Shown: positions 32,215-40,820 of the stretch, piece by piece
Numbering within the stretch: the first letter of the stretch is position 1
Layout of the letters: each line of letters starts with the position of its first letter
Source: Candidatus Latescibacterota bacterium
GTDB taxonomy: Bacteria; Latescibacterota; UBA2968; GCA-2709665
DNA length: 64,000 bases
Direction of reading: 5' to 3'
NCBI GenBank assembly: GCA_965237675.1
Contig: OZ250150.1
Span: 2,368,001 to 2,432,000 of the forward strand
Notes under the pieces: model-generated
Told to the model about the DNA's origin: nothing
The model's input: only the letters and a program-made list of their open reading frames with translations
Databases searched by the model: none
Position numbers and translations under genes: made by a program

Positions 32215-32286
32215 GGGAATCCGCCGGTCCGTAGAATCTTCCTGACCTGGACGTCGCGAGAGGCAGACCTGCCATGGTGATCGCGC

Positions 32287-35200
32287 TTATTGGCCGAAGC
32301 TGCTTGCAAAGATCAGAAAATCACTAAACCCAACCGTGCCATTCCCATCCAGATCGAACCGCGCGTCATACGCAGCATCTCCCTGGCTCAGCCCGAACTG
32401 CGCCGCGAATTGCAGAAAGTCGGGAAATCCCACGGTACCATCGCCGTCGAAGTCGGTAGTTGAGAATGGGGGCGAGATGTAACGCGCAATATCCCACAGC
32501 AGCACCGTGCCGTCCTCCGAGCCGGAGGAGAGCATGGTACCATCCTGCGAAAACGACAGAGATTCGACCGAACCAGCATGCCCTTCCAGGGTGGCGACAC
32601 TCTCTTTCTTCACCACGTCCCACAGTTTTATAACGCCGTAAAACGAGCCGGCTGCCAGCAGTGTCCCATCGGGCGAAAACGCCCCTGACTTGATCTGACT
32701 CTCATGCTCTTCGAAGGTGGCGATGTTCTCTTTTGTAACCGCGTCCCACAGCTTGACCGAGCCTATAATGTGTCCAAGTTTAACATAATCCGACCCGGTG
32801 GCGAGCATCGTACCATCGGGCGAAAACAACACAAAGCCACCGGCAATATCCACACTTGTGTGACCGATGGGTATAGTCGCGGTATTTTCCAGTGTCGCTA
32901 CGTCCCACAGGTTGATAAAGCCATCGTAGGTTTTTGAAGCAAGCTGCTTCCCATCTACAGAAAACGACAGGGTGGTTGTGGAAGAAGCAACGGCGGTCTG
33001 TGCCTGCGTCGCCAGGTTCCAGAGAACGATCTCATTAGGCCCCCCCGAAGCGATCGTTGTTCCGTCTGGGGATGGTACGATACTGAAGATCCCACACCCG
33101 GGCCTGAAATAGTCGGTTATAAGCGAAAAAGCACTCGACCCCGGTGGGGCCTGCCACAGCTTGATTTCCTGGTTCGCACCCGAGGCGAGGGTGGTACCAT
33201 CAGGCAAAAAAGCTACGGAAGTGACCGCACTCGTATGCCCTTCCAGGGTGGCTACCTGTGCACCTGTTTCCTCGTCCCAAAGCCTGACCGTTTTATCGTC
33301 GGATCCCAGAGCGAGTATCGTTCCGTCGCCTGAAAACGCCACGGAAGAAACCGCACCGCCTTCCATGAGCTCATCCACAACGCCTCTTGCCGAAACATCC
33401 CACAGGTTGACCGAGCCATCGGAAAGACCCGAGGCGAGCACCCCATCGCGTGAGAACGCCACGGACGTGACTCCTGCAGTAGGTCCTTCGAGGGTAGTGA
33501 CATTCTCTCTTGTCGCCATGTCCCACAGCTTGATAGTGCCGTCGCTTGAAGCCGAAACGAGGGTTTTCTCATCGACTGAAAACGTCACGGAATTGACTCT
33601 GTCCGTGTGCCCTTCGAGGGTAGCGACATTGTTCCTTGTCGCCATGTCCCATAGCTTGATTGTCCAGTCCCAGGACCCGGAAGCAAGAATGGCGCCATCT
33701 GGTGAAAACGAAATGGATGCGACCGGGTACGTATGCCCCTCGAGCATAGCGATCTGGGTGTCCGTCGTTACGTCCCACAGCTTGATCGTCCTGTCATGGG
33801 ACCCTAAAGCGAGCAGCTTCCCGTCCGGCGAGAACGATACGGAGATAGGATCATTGAGATAATTGGATGTGCGCCTTCCTTCAAATGTGGCGACATTGCG
33901 TCCCGTCTCGGTGTCCCACAGCATGATGGTGTTATCCAGGGAACCGGAAGCGAGCAGCTTCCCGTCCGGTGAAAAGGCCACGGACAAAACCCAGTTACCA
34001 TATGCGGAAATAGTAGTGGTCAGTACGCCTGTCACTACGTCCCATAGCTTGATGTTGTCCTGGAAATAGTATCGCTCCGACCACGCGAGGGTGGAACCGT
34101 CCGGTGAGAAGGACATGGAGGTGATCTGCTTCTCGGCGGGAAACAGGACGAGCGGCCGCGACTTCGCCACATCGTAAAGCCAGACGCCAATCTTTGTCGC
34201 CACGGCGAGCTGTTGGCCATCCGGCGAAAAGACAACCGCTCGTCCGTCCAGCGCAAGGCGGCCTTTTCCAAGTCGAGCAGTTGCACCATCCGGTAGATGC
34301 CATGTGCGGAATTCACGGTCCATGCTCGGGGGCGTGACAGGCTCTCCATGGCCCACCGCATGAAATGTCTCGACTGCGGTTTCGCCCAGAGACACTTCAA
34401 CGGCGTTCCTGCCTGGGCTGGGACCGAGAGTAAGGATACGCTCCGCCCGGCCATCGGCATCGGTCGTCACGTTTTCCAGCTTGAAGCGTCCACTGAGCCT
34501 GCCGTCGCCCGCAGTGACGGTAAAGGTGACCTGTGTACCCGGCAGCGGATTGTCGTACTGATCTCTCACTTCCACGACGATGGGAGTTGCCAATACAGAA
34601 CCTGTCGCGCCCTGCTGGTCGTCGCCGGAAATTATATCCAGCGTTTGAGGACGAGGGAGCGTCGATTCAGACGCAACTGCGGAAAGGACAAAATCCGTCT
34701 GGCTCACGTTCCCCGCGGTATCGACGGCCCTGACCTGGATATCATGCCTGGGTCGCGTGGAAAGACTCGTAAAATCACCCTCTATTACAGCACTCGGAAT
34801 GACGCCGTTGTAATCGAAGGTGACGACAGCATTCTCATCTCCCGCCAACCCTCGACACGCTTTCACTTCAGTCCCAGGGAATTTTGCGAACAGGATCACC
34901 TGATAAAGTCCATCCGAATCGCTGACTTCGAGCTGCACGGAAACGCTTTTTTCGCCCTCCGGATAGGTAAGCGGCGAGATCAGTTCGATGGCGGGCGCTT
35001 GCGCCGCTTCAATTGGAACACCCGGGTTGAAATAGGGATGCACGGCAAGAAACTCGGCGTTGCACGCGGACACCTCCGACTCCTGGAGGTTGCCGTACGA
35101 CATGACGTGCGCGTTGGCACGGAAATCATGCTGTAACCCGAAGGTGTGGCCCAATTCGTGGCTGACAACATTGTGGAAATTGAACGGATCCATTTCGTTG

Positions 35201-35346
35201 CTGGTAACCAGAGCAACCCCCCCCTTTTTTCCAATTCGTGTTGCTTTCCCTCCCGCGAACCTGTCAATCACACCCGTTGTATGCACTTTCTTTAGAGCGA
35301 CAAGCAACCATGCGTTGTAATCGCCGGATGTGTCGGCGCTCGCCAC
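32287..35346 (-). CDS. Metzincin protease, Ig-like domain, WD40 repeats and C-terminal dockerin-like EF-hand; probably 5'-truncated
   Basis: HELGHTFGLQH...VMSY; 'ISGDDQQG..VEVRDQY' Big-like domain; many 'GH...V.SV.FSPDG..LASGS.D.TIKLWD'; DFDGDGTVGFPDF/DLDGNGTVGFSDF; no signal peptide and in-frame stops upstream. Confidence 0.8.
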   Translation of the reverse strand: MASADTSGDYNAWLLVALKKVHTTGVIDRFAGGKATRIGKKGGVALVTSNEMDPFNFHNVVSHELGHTFGLQHDFRANAHVMSYGNLQESEVSACNAEFLAVHPYFNPGVPIEAAQAPAIELISPLTYPEGEKSVSVQLEVSDSDGLYQVILFAKFPGTEVKACRGLAGDENAVVTFDYNGVIPSAVIEGDFTSLSTRPRHDIQVRAVDTAGNVSQTDFVLSAVASESTLPRPQTLDIISGDDQQGATGSVLATPIVVEVRDQYDNPLPGTQVTFTVTAGDGRLSGRFKLENVTTDADGRAERILTLGPSPGRNAVEVSLGETAVETFHAVGHGEPVTPPSMDREFRTWHLPDGATARLGKGRLALDGRAVVFSPDGQQLAVATKIGVWLYDVAKSRPLVLFPAEKQITSMSFSPDGSTLAWSERYYFQDNIKLWDVVTGVLTTTISAYGNWVLSVAFSPDGKLLASGSLDNTIMLWDTETGRNVATFEGRRTSNYLNDPISVSFSPDGKLLALGSHDRTIKLWDVTTDTQIAMLEGHTYPVASISFSPDGAILASGSWDWTIKLWDMATRNNVATLEGHTDRVNSVTFSVDEKTLVSASSDGTIKLWDMATRENVTTLEGPTAGVTSVAFSRDGVLASGLSDGSVNLWDVSARGVVDELMEGGAVSSVAFSGDGTILALGSDDKTVRLWDEETGAQVATLEGHTSAVTSVAFLPDGTTLASGANQEIKLWQAPPGSSAFSLITDYFRPGCGIFSIVPSPDGTTIASGGPNEIVLWNLATQAQTAVASSTTTLSFSVDGKQLASKTYDGFINLWDVATLENTATIPIGHTSVDIAGGFVLFSPDGTMLATGSDYVKLGHIIGSVKLWDAVTKENIATFEEHESQIKSGAFSPDGTLLAAGSFYGVIKLWDVVKKESVATLEGHAGSVESLSFSQDGTMLSSGSEDGTVLLWDIARYISPPFSTTDFDGDGTVGFPDFLQFAAQFGLSQGDAAYDARFDLDGNGTVGFSDFLIFASSFGQ

Positions 35347-36403
35347 ACCTCGTACACCGCATTTCCGTCATTACAATCGGGACTACGCCGCGAACTTAAC
35401 AAAGTCGCCAGGGCAGCGAATCGGAGAGCGGCCTCCCATTCACCAGGCGCCGGACCGAGATCGACGATCACGGTTGTTCGGGTTCTGCCGGAATGTGCCT
35501 CGATGTTCTGTCGGCATCGTCGTGACCGTTCCCGTTATCCCAGTGATCCACAATGGGCGGTGGGGGCGTTCCGTAAGAACTCACCGCCGGTTTATTTGCG
35601 CCAACGCCGTCTTTTAACTGTGACAGTCCGCCCATGGTGATCGTACCTCTGCCGCCGGTTGCTATGAAGAAATTCGGATATTTTCCCTTGGCATAAGCTC
35701 CCTCATCTTGTCCGCCGTTGTACCATACTTCGTAGCTCAGCACTGCCAGATCCAACGGGACGACCGGATATTCTTCACTAACCAGCAGGATAACGGCTGC
35801 CCGAAAGTCCTTCTGAGATTGGACGTGGTCGGGAACGCGTGGTCCATGCTCTGCGACGATGTCCTTGATCGTATACGTCTTTATCCGACTCGCGGTAATT
35901 ATCACATTCCCATCGCCGTCTATTACCCACTCCCCCTCTTCATCCAACAAGATTTTTCCATCCTCCGCTATCGTTAGATCAGGTACGTCGTCCGGAGGAA
36001 TGAAGCCCGCCAGGTACAGCTCTATAGGACTATATAGAGGCAATCGGGGAGGCCATCTTCCAATCGAGAACTTCCCATCGCCGAGATTCCTAAATTCCCC
36101 CAAGGGCCCGCCTAGCCATCCCCGCTGGCTGTTAAATCCCCAATGTCCGTACGGTGGCACGATGTAGTTCGCCCAGCGATGCATTAATTCGTGAATCAGC
36201 GTACCGAAGCCTGTAGACCAGTACCCGCCGTATCGATCATAGTGCCCACCAATACCATCATACTGAAAGAAAATCACACTCTGGAGCCTTTCAGAGGATC
36301 CCCATCGTTCGTCGAAGAAAATATCTAAACCAATACCCAGTGCGTCGTTACGGACACCAAGGTGGGCCGCGAAAGGCCAAAGGGATCCTTGTTCTTTAAC
36401 ATT

Positions 36404-38219
36404 GAGTCCACTCCGAGAAGGGGGTTCAGGAAGATTTCGTGTCAGGTGTCAGCGTTGTGTATTGAGATGTAGCGATGCGCGGGGATTGTGCATCTGCGGG
36501 CGGCACATCAACTCAGAGGCAGTTTACAAGGTTGCTCGCCGTGTATTGGGGGAAGGTTGTGCATAAGAATCCCCCCTTATACGGGAAGCATCGGGGGTTG
36601 TGTGAGGTCATTCTGGATCCGAACCAGATTGATCCATAGGCCACGACACCAGGCCCACAATTGGTGTGGCATCAGTCCGCGATAGCGCGTCTTGCCATCT
36701 TTGGTGTAATAGCTCAACTGGAAGATACTGGCTTCGACGTTATTGCGTCGGTTTCTGATGTGGGCAGGCAGGGCTTCAATCTGTTTGCGTTTGAGGTAAT
36801 TGTCGATATGCTGTGGTTTAAAGTATCGGGGTTTGCCATCAATGATGATTTTGTATTTTCCCGGTTTGTATTCTTGGGCAAGCTGAACCTCTCCGCTTTG
36901 TGAGTCGATGACGTCGACGCCTTCTTTTGTCCGTTCATAAACGAAGCGCCCCGGCGTTCCTTGCAGGCCACTGTAATAGAATTGCTTGTCCTGTTTGTTT
37001 GCATACTCAGCGTTGGATTGATCATTATAGGCCCCATCCATCGACACCTCCCGAATCGCACCCACCACCTGTTGTGTCCGCTCGATGGCAGGTTGGACAA
37101 ACGCGTTGTCGGGGGTCGTCGCCGGTTTCACGTCAACATCCGTGACCAAATTGAGATGATCCTCACCGCAGGTCTCGGTGAGGTTGACACTATACCCTTT
37201 CACCTTATCCTCGCCTTTCCTGCGAAAGGCCGCATCTTCATCATGGGCAGACTGCAAGGAGGAGGAACAGATCTCCTTAGGAGGCTTAGGAAGCACCTTT
37301 TTACAGGACGATAAAACGGTATATTGGTCCCCAAAAATACGCACGATCAGACCATATTGATCGCTGTCTTTGTCGGTATAGGTCTCTTGAAGCCTGCTCA
37401 ATAACTGCCCTGATTCCTGTAACTTCTCGCCCTTTTCACCGCTGGTGAGACCATAGACAGCCTGATGGGGCTTCCCCTTGAGCAATGCGTCCAAAACCTG
37501 CCGATTTCTTGCCGATAATCGTCGCTTTTGGTCCTTGTCCAACGATCCCCAGAACGCTTGTAAGCAACTCACCACCAACTGCAACCGACAACACAGGGCA
37601 ATGTTCGAGCCGATCAACTTACTGTCCATTCGGATCTGCTGACCCAACACACCAAAGGCCTTGGCCTGCGTCTTGGTTAAGCTGAAAAAGGTCTCTCCAA
37701 TCAGATCTCGACCCCTTTTCAGTTGATCCGCATACAAAGACTGCTTGAACAGATAATACGTGGACTCCGCAGGCACGTCATCAGACAGATTCATCAACCC
37801 CAATGCCCGCATCACCAGAATGTTGAACCGACAATGCTCGAAAAGTTGGGCATCGCTCCACCCAAAGCCCTCCTTCAAGATCATCATCGACACCAGGTGA
37901 CGAATCGGGGCATTGGGTCGGCCGATGTTGGGATCAAACAACACAGAAAACACATCCTCATCTATCTTTGACGTGATGTGCTGGCAAAACAGATTATGCC
38001 AGGCCGTCGGTTCATTCAACCGGTCCTGTTTAGCGCCTTTGAAATGCGACTCGAAGATGGAAAATAGATCCGGTTGGCTGCATGTGCCGCTTCTTTTAAA
38101 CATCCGTCCTGTCCCTCGCTCTTTTTACCGACCCGTTATCTGAAATATTGTGACTCGTACACACCTCGAATTTAGTACTTTTTCCCGGATAAGTAAATAT
38201 GACTTTTCGGAGTAGACTC
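36404..38219 (-). mobile_element. Insertion sequence, 1816 bp, 17-bp IRs, 6-bp TSD (IS1182/IS5-like DDE)
   Basis: IRs GAGTCCACTCCGAGAAG / GAGTCTACTCCGAAAAG (15/17); AACATT at 36398-36403 and 38220-38225. Confidence 0.92.
36577..38103 (-). CDS. DDE transposase (DUF772-type N-terminus)
   Basis: 'GRPNAP...WSD', 'RMDS', 'DEDAAF', 'KGY', 'MDGAY', 'RNNVEA'. Confidence 0.9.
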   Translation of the reverse strand: MFKRSGTCSQPDLFSIFESHFKGAKQDRLNEPTAWHNLFCQHITSKIDEDVFSVLFDPNIGRPNAPIRHLVSMMILKEGFGWSDAQLFEHCRFNILVMRALGLMNLSDDVPAESTYYLFKQSLYADQLKRGRDLIGETFFSLTKTQAKAFGVLGQQIRMDSKLIGSNIALCCRLQLVVSCLQAFWGSLDKDQKRRLSARNRQVLDALLKGKPHQAVYGLTSGEKGEKLQESGQLLSRLQETYTDKDSDQYGLIVRIFGDQYTVLSSCKKVLPKPPKEICSSSLQSAHDEDAAFRRKGEDKVKGYSVNLTETCGEDHLNLVTDVDVKPATTPDNAFVQPAIERTQQVVGAIREVSMDGAYNDQSNAEYANKQDKQFYYSGLQGTPGRFVYERTKEGVDVIDSQSGEVQLAQEYKPGKYKIIIDGKPRYFKPQHIDNYLKRKQIEALPAHIRNRRNNVEASIFQLSYYTKDGKTRYRGLMPHQLWAWCRGLWINLVRIQNDLTQPPMLPV

Positions 38220-39015
38220 AACATTGGAGACGAAAATCAGAAAATCGAATTCATCGCGGAAGCGCCCATAGAATCGCGCCGCATAGTCTTCCAGTGGTGG
38301 CTCATTGCCGAAATCCGGCCAAAGGGCGGCGAGATTTTCTGCTACGGGAAGGACAAATACGTTGTCATTGTAAATCTGCGGCTCGGTAAAATCGGTTGAA
38401 GGCACGTCTTTACCGAAGTTCTGCGCAAAGATCACGAAGTCAGAAAACCCGATCTCGCCATCGCCGTTCAGATCATACTTCGCTTCGTACTTCTCATCAC
38501 TCTCACGTGCGCCAAACACCCCCGCGAAGATGACAAAATCGCCAAAGCCGATCGTACCGTCGCCGTCAAAGTCCGGAATAGACGCGGTATCGTCGCCGTT
38601 GGCATCAACGCTGATCGCAAGTGCCGTCGCGTCCACATCACTTGCATCGGAACCCATAGCGGCGTGATATACGAATGCAAGCAACGCCAGGGCGGCAAGA
38701 CAGATTATGCCCTTCGAGGAAGTCATCATTCGACCCATCCTGATCGTGACTACCGGATTTCTACTCAGACCCATTTAATCTGACGGAACCCGGATGCCGA
38801 GTTACATCACTGCAACCGCCTCGGTTACGGATGTCGACCTCGTTATCGGGTATAGTGCGTCCAGTAATGGTACGCAATGTGAAACCGGCGTTCAACGCAG
38901 TTTGTTTGTCGAATCGTCCGTAATTTGTCCTGGATTCCACCAATTGCGATATGTCGAATGGGAGGATAGATTCGATGGTGGGGACCCCCCACCGTCGCGT
39001 TTCGACGTGCGAACC

Positions 39016-39172
39016 GTAGGGGCAGGTTTCAAACCTGCCCTAACTGTCCTATGTGCACGGATGCGAGGGACATCGGATACTGTCTGCTGGGTTTCGGCGG
39101 CGAGATCCTCTCTTGAGTGCCCATGCCGGCAGAACGACGTTGAGGCGGGCAGACAGGAATGTCCGCCCCACC
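39016..39172. repeat. REP-like palindromes
   Basis: gtaggggcaggtttcaaacctgccct and gggcagacaggaatgtccgccccacc (the latter matches the RAYT-flanking repeats at 13081/13242). Confidence 0.7.
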
Positions 39173-39224
39173 TTCAGGCAAAGTTCCTTAGGGTGTTGGC
39201 GCAATGCTGAAAACGGTGCTTAGA

Positions 39225-39308
39225 CAAACAAAAAGGGTCGAGGCGCGTGGCTTCGACCCTTTTTGTTTGATGGATGATCGGTTAGAAGCGTTTGGAGAAT
39301 CCGGGCTG
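39225..39308. repeat. Boundary repeat D: hairpin plus rdx 3'-end remnant
   Basis: Perfect 17-bp stem caaacaaaaagggtcga/tcgaccctttttgtttg; minus strand QPGFSKRF* versus rdx QPQIAKRI*. Confidence 0.7.
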
Positions 39309-39370
39309 TAGTCGCCCCGGGGCGCGCGATCCGAACAGAATGACACGGTCCGGGCGGACCGCCTCACCTG
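39303..39370 (-). pseudogene. Fragment of an MNT (nucleotidyltransferase) gene
   Basis: AVRPDRVILFGSRA; DNA nearly identical to 43206-43266. Confidence 0.8.
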
Positions 39371-39400
39371 CGGCGCCAGGGACTTGACTGAGGCCTCGGC

Positions 39401-40768
39401 TCAGCCCGTCCAGGGCCCGGTGATGGCCAGGGTGATCCCGGGCGACTGGATGTTGGCGTAGAGCGTGCGGCCGTCGGGCGAGAACGTGGCGCCGGCGAAC
39501 TCGGACTCGTTGAAGGCGTTGCGGCCGAGCTTGTAGATCCGCCCCTCCGGAGTGACCCCCACCAGGTGGTTGTCCCCGCCGCCGTCCTCGCAGAGCACGA
39601 GGTCGCCCCAGGGCGCCACCGTCAGGTTGTCGCAGTTCTCCACCAGGTTGCCGTCGTTGGGCTCGATGAACAGCTCCAGGGTCCCGGGCGAGGCCGTCTC
39701 GTCGGGCGTCCCCTCGCTGGGGCTTGGCTCGTAGCGCCACACCTGCCCCTTCTTCTCCTTGCCGCCGCTGGTGCATGCGAAGTAGACGGCCTCCCGGCCG
39801 TACCACATGCCCTCGCCGCGGGCGAAGCGGGCGGCGCCCTTGTCGAATCCCTGGTTGCGCAGGTTATCGTCCGGGGACTCCACGTCCTCCATATCGACCC
39901 AGGCCGCGGCCAGGCGGTCCCCGGGAGCGACGGTCTGCGACTTGTGGTTGGCCGTGTCCAGGCTCGGCCGGTCAAGGGCCATGAGCGCCTGCAGCCGGCC
40001 ACCGGCCGCGAGACGTCCGGGCTCGTCGGGCAGGTAGCGGTAGATGAGACCGTCGCCGGCGTCCTCGGTCTGATAGACGATGCCCGTCGCCGGATGGACG
40101 GCCACGGCCTCGTGGTTGAAGCGGCCCATCGCCTTCAGGGCCACCGGCTCCACCGGCCCCGTGGCCGGGCCCGCCGGGACCTCGAAGTTGTACCCGTGGT
40201 CCTGTTCGTGGTTGTCGTCGGCGCGCTGGGTCGTCTCCTCGCAGGTGATCCAGCTTCCCCAGGGGGTGAGGCCGCCGGCGCAGTTGCGCACGGTGCCGGC
40301 GAGGCTGAGGTAATGTTTCTCCAGCTCACCGGCGGGGCCGAGCACGAAGGTCGTCGTCCCTCCCTGCGGCGGATCGCCGCGGCCCCAGTCGTAGAACCGC
40401 TCGCGCGGCAGCTTGCCGAGACGCTCGTTCTCATCGCCGAAGGCGCCGACCTTGCGGGCCCCCGCAGTGAGTTCGTGGTTGCAGACCAGCAGGGTCCGTC
40501 CCTCCGCCCCGGGAAAGGCGGCCATGGCGTCGGGCAGCCCCGGCACTCGCAGGCCATCGTCCATCTCGACGCCGGTGCGGGAGATCACCCGGTAGGTGAA
40601 GCCCGCGGGCAGGTCGACGATCCCGCCCGGGTCCGGTCGCATGGGGCCGTAGCCCGCGGCGATCCCCTCCTCGGGGGCCAGCCCCCAGACCACGTGGAGC
40701 TGCAGCCCTTGGAATCCCAACGTGACGGCGGCCGCTGACTTCAGGAACTGTCTTCTGGTGACGGGCAT
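39401..40768 (-). CDS. phoX: Tat-exported PhoX (DUF839) alkaline phosphatase family protein
   Basis: TRRQFLK signal; NHE, NCAGG.TPWGSWITCEE, MGRFNHEA, CDN, CED, E.AG.TF; visibly higher GC. Confidence 0.85.
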   Translation of the reverse strand: MPVTRRQFLKSAAAVTLGFQGLQLHVVWGLAPEEGIAAGYGPMRPDPGGIVDLPAGFTYRVISRTGVEMDDGLRVPGLPDAMAAFPGAEGRTLLVCNHELTAGARKVGAFGDENERLGKLPRERFYDWGRGDPPQGGTTTFVLGPAGELEKHYLSLAGTVRNCAGGLTPWGSWITCEETTQRADDNHEQDHGYNFEVPAGPATGPVEPVALKAMGRFNHEAVAVHPATGIVYQTEDAGDGLIYRYLPDEPGRLAAGGRLQALMALDRPSLDTANHKSQTVAPGDRLAAAWVDMEDVESPDDNLRNQGFDKGAARFARGEGMWYGREAVYFACTSGGKEKKGQVWRYEPSPSEGTPDETASPGTLELFIEPNDGNLVENCDNLTVAPWGDLVLCEDGGGDNHLVGVTPEGRIYKLGRNAFNESEFAGATFSPDGRTLYANIQSPGITLAITGPWTG

Positions 40769-40820
40769 CTACTCGATCCTCCCTCAGTAGTGAACTATCA
40801 AAGATAAGCTTCCTTCCCAC

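Larger units (their letters stand above)
35468..38729 (-). pseudogene. EF-hand plus HExxH metalloprotease gene split by an IS
   Basis: Removing 36404-38219 and one AACATT restores the frame ...FLIFVSNV|KEQGSLWPFAAHLGVRND...HELMHRWA. Confidence 0.9.

Noticed and set aside
24850-34100. Diversity-generating retroelement or CRISPR-like periodic repeats
   Set aside because: The periodicity is explained by 66-bp LRR and WD40 coding repeats. No reverse transcriptase or adenine-specific TR/VR pair was seen.
31700-38895. Sigma54 promoter in the leaders (GG..TTGC)
   Set aside because: GG-to-GC spacing is 9 nt, not the required 10.
23707-39269. Boundary hairpins as integron attC sites or CRISPR repeats
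   Set aside because: There are no consistent RYYYAAC/GTTRRRY ends and no intI or cas genes. Spacing is kilobases, and most cargo genes have their own long leaders.
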